Shown here in pieces: positions 59,078 through 64,000 of a DNA stretch of 64,000 nucleotides (positions are counted from its first letter, which is position 1; the number at the start of each line of letters is the position of its first letter). The translations under genes were made by a program, and so were the position numbers. Under the pieces are notes generated by a model, which was not told the DNA's origin, searched no databases, and worked only from the letters and a program-made list of their open reading frames with translations. Origin of the DNA: an uncultured Flavobacteriaceae bacterium (GTDB lineage Bacteria > Bacteroidota > Bacteroidia > Flavobacteriales > Flavobacteriaceae); the NCBI GenBank assembly GCA_913058385.1, contig CAJXQS010000008.1, positions 22,202-86,201 of the forward strand. The letters run 5' to 3'.

Positions 59078-59173
59078 TTTGCAAATTTAGGCCAAAGGTG
59101 TAACAGTCTAAAAATCATTTACACTAAACTTTTTAACAATTTTTCCTAACAAACCTTTAAAAGATAGTATTTA

Positions 59174-60376
59174 TTAAGATTTGAATATGCCCTCCAGCTT
59201 TTCTAAAAGATTATTTCTGTCAAACTCTTTTTCGTAGTAGGCCCTTCCATTATTTCCCATTTCACTGCGCTTAGATTTATCCAAAGCCATTAATTCTTTA
59301 ATCTTCTTGCTTAAAGCAAGTGAATCTTCTGCTGGTGAAGTTACCCCACAATTAGCATCATTAACTATTTTAGCCCCCTCTCCATCAATACAAGCAATTA
59401 CAGGTTTTCCACATGCTAAATAAGATTGAATTTTAGAGGGTATTGTGAGTGAGAAGATCTTTTCTTTTTTTAGTGAAACCAGTAGTGCGTCTGCATGTGA
59501 AAAGAATTTAGGCATTTCAGTTGGGGGGAAAGATCCCAGAAAATTAAAATGTGACTCCAACCCTTTTTCTTTTATTAGATTTAAGGCAGTTTCTTTATAC
59601 CTTCCGTCTCCTAAAACAATCACCTTAACAGGAAGCTCTTTGACATTATTAATAGCTTCTATGATTGTTTTGAAACTTTGTGCTTCTCCAATATTTCCAG
59701 CAAAAACAATATTAAAAAATTCATTTTGAAAAAACTCTTGATATTCTTTAACCTTTTGGAGTGGCTTATAGAAATCTTCTGTAGGATTCGGATAATAGAT
59801 GATTTTATCATTTGGAATCCCCTGATTTAAAATGTACTCTCTAAAGCCATCAGACTGGATTAAGACATTTTTTGATTGATTATAAATCCACTTGGTCAAT
59901 GAATCAAAAAACCCTAGCACTAACTTGTTGTTTACACCTCCTGCAGCAGTTAAACTTTCAGGCCAGAGATCTTGAACCCAAAAATAAATAGGAGTTTTAA
60001 AAAGTTTTTTAGCGAAAATTGCCGGGATTCCAACGGTAACAGGTGATGTTTGATAGACAAAAATAGCATCAAAGGGACCTTTTATTTTTCTGACTTTTAA
60101 AGGGGCTAAAAACGCAAATGAAATGTAATTTAAAAATAATCTAAATGCACCTCCATTTCTCCTTGAAAATAAATTAGCTCTATAGACAGGGATATCATTT
60201 ATAGTTTCAAAATCATCACTTTTCCAACCATAGCCTTCAAAAAAATGAGTTTTTGAATAGTTTGGTTTGCCAGTAAGCACAGTAATTTCATGACCCCTTT
60301 CTTTTAGTGAGAAAATAAGGTCATTAATCTTAAAGTTTTCTGGGTAGAAATATTGGCTAATTAATAATATTTTCAA
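59174..60376 (-). CDS. GT4 glycosyltransferase, WbuB/WcaI-like
   Basis: 400 aa. N-terminus (M)KILLISQYFYPENFKINDL is typical of WbuB/WcaI-type transferases. The start codon is TTG; there is no in-frame ATG nearby. Confidence 0.8.
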   Translation of the reverse strand: MKILLISQYFYPENFKINDLIFSLKERGHEITVLTGKPNYSKTHFFEGYGWKSDDFETINDIPVYRANLFSRRNGGAFRLFLNYISFAFLAPLKVRKIKGPFDAIFVYQTSPVTVGIPAIFAKKLFKTPIYFWVQDLWPESLTAAGGVNNKLVLGFFDSLTKWIYNQSKNVLIQSDGFREYILNQGIPNDKIIYYPNPTEDFYKPLQKVKEYQEFFQNEFFNIVFAGNIGEAQSFKTIIEAINNVKELPVKVIVLGDGRYKETALNLIKEKGLESHFNFLGSFPPTEMPKFFSHADALLVSLKKEKIFSLTIPSKIQSYLACGKPVIACIDGEGAKIVNDANCGVTSPAEDSLALSKKIKELMALDKSKRSEMGNNGRAYYEKEFDRNNLLEKLEGIFKS

Positions 60377-60505
60377 TTTTTGATTAATGTCTTTTTTTTT
60401 ACCGCGTTAGTTTGAGTCGATTTTTTCTTCCAAATGAATGAATCTGGCTGAATTATATTCACATAATATTAGTGACAATTATACTTGATGTTTTTTTAAT
60501 TCGCC

Positions 60506-61348
60506 CTAATAGTTTTTAATGCAGTAATTTCTCATTTCTGAAATCATCTCACTGTATGTTTGTATGTTGAAATAGTTAAACTTAGTGCTTAAAGATTTAT
60601 CAGCTTTTTTGCCTGAAACCCTTTTTAAGTCAACATTATTGAGCTCAAACTTATCTTTTATTATACTCAATAAGTCAAATTTTGAAATTGGCTGTCCATT
60701 GGTGACATGAATAAGCCCTGTATAATTTTCATTTATTGATTTAATAATTACATCTGCTAATACTAAAGTAGTTACGCCCCCCCAAATCGATTCGGTAAAT
60801 CCATTTACTTCACCCTTTTGCTTAATAAACCATGAAAATAGTCCTTCTCCATTGTCTTTTAACTCGGGTCCTATTATGGAAGTTCTTAGGGTTAAGTTTT
60901 TATCGTCGTTAATTTCTCCCAAAGATTTACTCAAACCATAAGTGTCCTGAGCGGTTTTATTGTCAGTTTCAATATAGCTTCCTTTAGAACCATCAAAAAC
61001 ACAATCTGTACTTATATGAATAAACTTAGCATTTATAGCTTTTGAGAATTGAGCTAATTTGTGAGGTAAAAGAGCATTAATAAGTATTGCATTAGAGGGG
61101 TCTTGAATAGAACCTTTAATTAATACCCCAATACAATTTATGATGTAGTCAGGATTAATGTCTTTAATGATTTTAAATAAAGAATTAAGATTTGTTATAT
61201 CACACTCAAAATTATTTAGCCTATTATCTTTTTTTCTTGTAATATCAAATACTTCAAAAATATCTTTGCCATATAATTTTTCTAATACTATGTGACCAAG
61301 CATTCCTGCTCCACCCAAAACCAAGATTCTTTTCTTTATTTTCTCCAA
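60506..61348 (-). CDS. RmlD-like SDR 4-keto reductase (WbvR-like candidate)
   Basis: 280 aa. LVLGGAGMLG Rossmann motif and YGLSKSLGE catalytic YxxxK. Length and motifs resemble the dTDP-4-dehydrorhamnose reductase fold, not the ~370-aa CapF/FnlB type. Confidence 0.7.
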   Translation of the reverse strand: MEKIKKRILVLGGAGMLGHIVLEKLYGKDIFEVFDITRKKDNRLNNFECDITNLNSLFKIIKDINPDYIINCIGVLIKGSIQDPSNAILINALLPHKLAQFSKAINAKFIHISTDCVFDGSKGSYIETDNKTAQDTYGLSKSLGEINDDKNLTLRTSIIGPELKDNGEGLFSWFIKQKGEVNGFTESIWGGVTTLVLADVIIKSINENYTGLIHVTNGQPISKFDLLSIIKDKFELNNVDLKRVSGKKADKSLSTKFNYFNIQTYSEMISEMRNYCIKNY

Positions 61349-62451
61349 GTCTCTCTATTAATTATTGGTGTATAGCTTTGGATGAGTTTTAAAACAGTAT
61401 TTGAATTATCCGTTTTTAAATACTCAAGAGGTGGATCTGATCTATCGTTTAATCCTAAAGTAATATTTATTGAATTAATAATATTTTCAGTTGTAATGTC
61501 ACCTAACACTATGTTTCCATAATCTATTGCTTCTGGCCTTTCCGTACTTGTTCTAATACTTACAGCTTTAAATCCCAAAATGGTGCTTTCCTCAGAAATA
61601 GTTCCACTATCAGACAAGGTAATTAATGCGTTTTTCTGTAAGAAAACATAGTCGCAAAACCCAAGTGGCTCGACAAAGCTTATTCTCGAGCTAACTTTTA
61701 AATTAAGTTGTTCTATTTTCTTTTTTGTTCTTGGGTGTGTGCTGAAAATTAATTGAGCATCGTATAAATCGACTACCTTATTTAAAGCATCTATTATATT
61801 CTTGAAATTATCACCAATATCTAAGTTTTCCTCTCTATGAATACTAGCTACAATGTATTTTTCTTTGTTCAACTGAAGCTTCTGAAGTATTAAACTTCCG
61901 TTTATTTGATCTGAATAAAAATCTAATACTTCCTTTAAAGGAGAGCCAACACAAAACACATGGTCCTTTCTAAACCCTTCGGATAAAAGATATCTTCTAC
62001 TATTTTCTGTATAAGTGAGGTTAATATCTGAAGTATGGTCTGCTATTTTTCTATTTAATTCCTCTGGTACATTTTGATCAAAACACCTATTCCCTGCTTC
62101 CATATGAAATATTGGAATCTTGAGCCTTTTAGCGCTGATGGTACATAAAGCACTGTTAGTATCACCAAGAACTAATAAAGCATCTGGTTTAAGTTCACTA
62201 AACAACTTATAAGACTTAGATAAAACATTCCCCATAGTTTCTCCTAAATCTTGTCCTACTACCTCTAGAAAAAAGTCTGGCTTTCTTATTTCAAGCTCTT
62301 CAAAGAAAATTTCATTTAAAGTGTAGTCATAGTTTTGGCCAGTATGAACAAGCGTGTGGTCAAAAAACTGATCAAATTTTTTGATTATTACTGAAAGTCT
62401 AATAATTTCTGGCCTAGTGCCTAAAACTGTTACTACTTTTAACTTATTCAT
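61336..62451 (-). CDS. UDP-N-acetylglucosamine 2-epimerase (non-hydrolysing; FnlC/CapG/WbvD-like)
   Basis: 371 aa. VLGTRPEIIRL N-terminus. DSGTISEE motif. Confidence 0.88.
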   Translation of the reverse strand: MNKLKVVTVLGTRPEIIRLSVIIKKFDQFFDHTLVHTGQNYDYTLNEIFFEELEIRKPDFFLEVVGQDLGETMGNVLSKSYKLFSELKPDALLVLGDTNSALCTISAKRLKIPIFHMEAGNRCFDQNVPEELNRKIADHTSDINLTYTENSRRYLLSEGFRKDHVFCVGSPLKEVLDFYSDQINGSLILQKLQLNKEKYIVASIHREENLDIGDNFKNIIDALNKVVDLYDAQLIFSTHPRTKKKIEQLNLKVSSRISFVEPLGFCDYVFLQKNALITLSDSGTISEESTILGFKAVSIRTSTERPEAIDYGNIVLGDITTENIINSINITLGLNDRSDPPLEYLKTDNSNTVLKLIQSYTPIINRETWRK

Positions 62452-63431
62452 TTGATATCAATTTGAGCAAGTAATTCTTTTAATTCGATTTCTGAAAGTC
62501 TATGTGTATTAAATGAATTATATTCTTTTAATTCAACTTTGGTTGACCCTTTTGAATAATACTTATCATAATTAAGATCTCTATTGTCTGCCGCAACTCG
62601 ATAATATTCTCCTAAATCCTCAGCACCCATAAACTCTTCCTTACTTAAAAGTGTCTCGTGCATTTTCTCAGCATGTCTTATTCCAATATTTTTAATTTCA
62701 ACTTTAGAATTATATATTTCTTTTAAACAAATAGCTAATTCTCCTATAGTGCTAGCTGGTGACTTTTGAACAAAAATATCTCCTGCCTTGCCGTTATTAA
62801 ACGCATACAAAACAAGTTCAACTGCGTGATCGAGTGTCATCATAAATCGGGTCATATCTGGATCTGTAACAGTAATTGACTTTTCAGTTTTGATTTGTTC
62901 AATAAAATGAGGGATTACAGAGCCTCTTGAGGCCATTACATTTCCATAACGCGTACCTGTTATAATGGTGTTTTTAGAGTTTCTTGACTTTGCAACAAAA
63001 ACTTTTTCCATCATAGCTTTTGAAACACCCATTGCATTTACAGGGTAAACAGCTTTATCTGTACTCAAACATACTACTTTAGAAACATTATTAATAATTG
63101 CAGCATTTAAAACATTTTCTGTTCCTAAAACATTGGTCCGTACTGCTTCCATTGGATAAAACTCACAAGAGGGAACCTGTTTTAGTGCTGCAGCATGAAA
63201 AACATAATCTACTCCAATCATGGCGTCTCTTAAACTGCTCTCATTTCTAACATCACCTATATAAAACTTAATTTTAGGGTTGTTATAATGAACACGCATG
63301 TCGTGCTGCTTTTTTTCGTCTCTAGAAAAAATTCTAATTTCCTTAATATCTGAATCTAAAAATCTATCTAAAACAGCGTTCCCGAAAGAACCTGTCCCCC
63401 CAGTAATAAGAAGTATTTTATTTTTGAACAT
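62448..63431 (-). CDS. UDP-GlcNAc 4,6-dehydratase/5-epimerase, CapE/FnlA/WbjB/WbvB family
   Basis: 327 aa. Near-collinear with my recollection of S. aureus CapE (MFKNKILLITGGTGSFGNAVLDRFLDSDIKEIRIFSRDEKKQ..., MGVSKAMMEKVFVAKSR, RYGNVMASRGSVIP). Confidence 0.88.
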   Translation of the reverse strand: MFKNKILLITGGTGSFGNAVLDRFLDSDIKEIRIFSRDEKKQHDMRVHYNNPKIKFYIGDVRNESSLRDAMIGVDYVFHAAALKQVPSCEFYPMEAVRTNVLGTENVLNAAIINNVSKVVCLSTDKAVYPVNAMGVSKAMMEKVFVAKSRNSKNTIITGTRYGNVMASRGSVIPHFIEQIKTEKSITVTDPDMTRFMMTLDHAVELVLYAFNNGKAGDIFVQKSPASTIGELAICLKEIYNSKVEIKNIGIRHAEKMHETLLSKEEFMGAEDLGEYYRVAADNRDLNYDKYYSKGSTKVELKEYNSFNTHRLSEIELKELLAQIDIK

Positions 63432-64000
63432 CTTGACTAATTATAAACTCTATAAAGTTATCTAATTTATTTTCAACTAAAACCTTTGTTTTCGGTAAAT
63501 CATCCGTATTAATAGCATTTAAAATTGCATTGGATATACTTTCTGTTGAATAAGGGTCAAAAGTTAGAGAAGGCTCTATTATTTCATATATATAAGGCAA
63601 ATCACTAGCAATAACTTTGCAGTGATAATTTGTAGCTTCTATTAATGGTAAACCAAAACTCTCAACTAGTGATGGATAAATTGCAAACTCACATGAATTA
63701 TATAACTCGTAAACATTATCCATACTTAAAGTTCCGTGAAATACAACTTTTAAGTTTTGAGGGAATACCATTTTGGGTAAGTCTTCTTTGTATAATGTAA
63801 GATGCAATTTAATTTCCTTATCAGTATTCTTAGCGGCCTTAATAAAAGCCTTTATTAATCTTTTATGATTTTTATGAGAAACATAACTTGAAACATAAAC
63901 AAACTCATTAAAGTTTTTTTTATTAAGGTTTGCTTTAAAAACTTTTTTAAAAACAGGGTAAGTTGAAATCTGAGCTGAATTAATATTTAAATTTTCATTA
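63418..64000 (-). CDS. GT1-family (GT-B) glycosyltransferase (partial; N-terminal end lies beyond the right edge of the window)
   Basis: By hand translation the reading frame stays open upstream of the track start (63807) to position 64000. The C-terminal GT1 motif PSLVESFGLPLIEA is present. Confidence 0.8.
   Translation of the reverse strand, partial: NENLNINSAQISTYPVFKKVFKANLNKKNFNEFVYVSSYVSHKNHKRLIKAFIKAAKNTDKEIKLHLTLYKEDLPKMVFPQNLKVVFHGTLSMDNVYELYNSCEFAIYPSLVESFGLPLIEATNYHCKVIASDLPYIYEIIEPSLTFDPYSTESISNAILNAINTDDLPKTKVLVENKLDNFIEFIISQDVQK

Larger units (their letters stand above)
57694..59125. mobile_element. Possible remnant of an integrative element or a recombinase cassette (recombinase + 98-aa ORF), bounded by an inverted 9-bp AGTGTAAAT pair
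   Basis: AGTGTAAAT at 57694-57702 and its reverse complement at 59117-59125. The content is AT-rich. Boundaries are tentative, and a match this short could arise by chance. Confidence 0.25.

Noticed and set aside
1-64000. Window-wide scan for CRISPR arrays, rRNA, tRNA, tmRNA/SRP/RNase P, transposase genes and long (>20 bp) repeats.
   Set aside because: None was recognised by eye. All intergenic gaps are 262 bp or shorter, and none shows tRNA-like cloverleaf arms or regularly spaced repeats. A tRNAscan/Infernal run would be needed to exclude small RNAs formally.

Overview
Low-G+C chromosomal window from a member of the Bacteroidota, most likely class Flavobacteriia. Three things support this: many genes are preceded by the Bacteroidota -7 promoter box TAnnTTTG, lipoprotein signal peptides are frequent, and the suf operon is followed by a DUF2480 gene. 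About 72 protein-coding genes are packed tightly on both strands.

Most of the window is core housekeeping:
- hflX (partial at the left edge), lpxH and a PLP-dependent Cys/Met enzyme
- yicC-gmk-nadD
- a complete sufA-B-C-D-S-E plus DUF59 operon
- thiL, a ZIP metal transporter, crtY and a polyprenyl synthase
- a TetR-TolC-MFP-RND efflux operon
- aspS, csp, tadA, dxs, polA
- rplM-rpsI-rpsB-tsf, tag, greA, ahcY, rpmA-rplU

Two regions are accessory-like:
- 4.3-11.2 kb: a sugar-oxidation cluster. It holds a GMC flavoprotein, a Tat-signal small subunit, a monohaem cytochrome c, two xylose-isomerase-like TIM barrels, a Gfo/Idh/MocA oxidoreductase and a DUF1080 protein.
- 54.2-64.0 kb: a surface-polysaccharide locus, entirely on the minus strand. 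It contains rfbA-C-D-B (dTDP-L-rhamnose), then a visibly lower-G+C block encoding a CapE/FnlA-type dehydratase, a UDP-GlcNAc 2-epimerase, an RmlD-like reductase and glycosyltransferases. A short plus-strand tyrosine recombinase plus a 98-aa ORF interrupts it at 57.5-59.2 kb.

I found no rRNA, tRNA, CRISPR array or transposase, and I cannot support a multi-gene defence-type system. The best second-look candidates are:
- the recombinase module inside the glycan locus
- a terminator-like hairpin in the greA leader
- an SSB-type acidic tail on a DUF3127 OB-fold protein
- a perfect palindrome upstream of suf
- a recurring leaderless-type promoter/start-codon geometry
- the flavocytochrome and 3-keto-sugar gene set

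All protein family calls rest on motif and sequence recall from the supplied translations. No database search was run.
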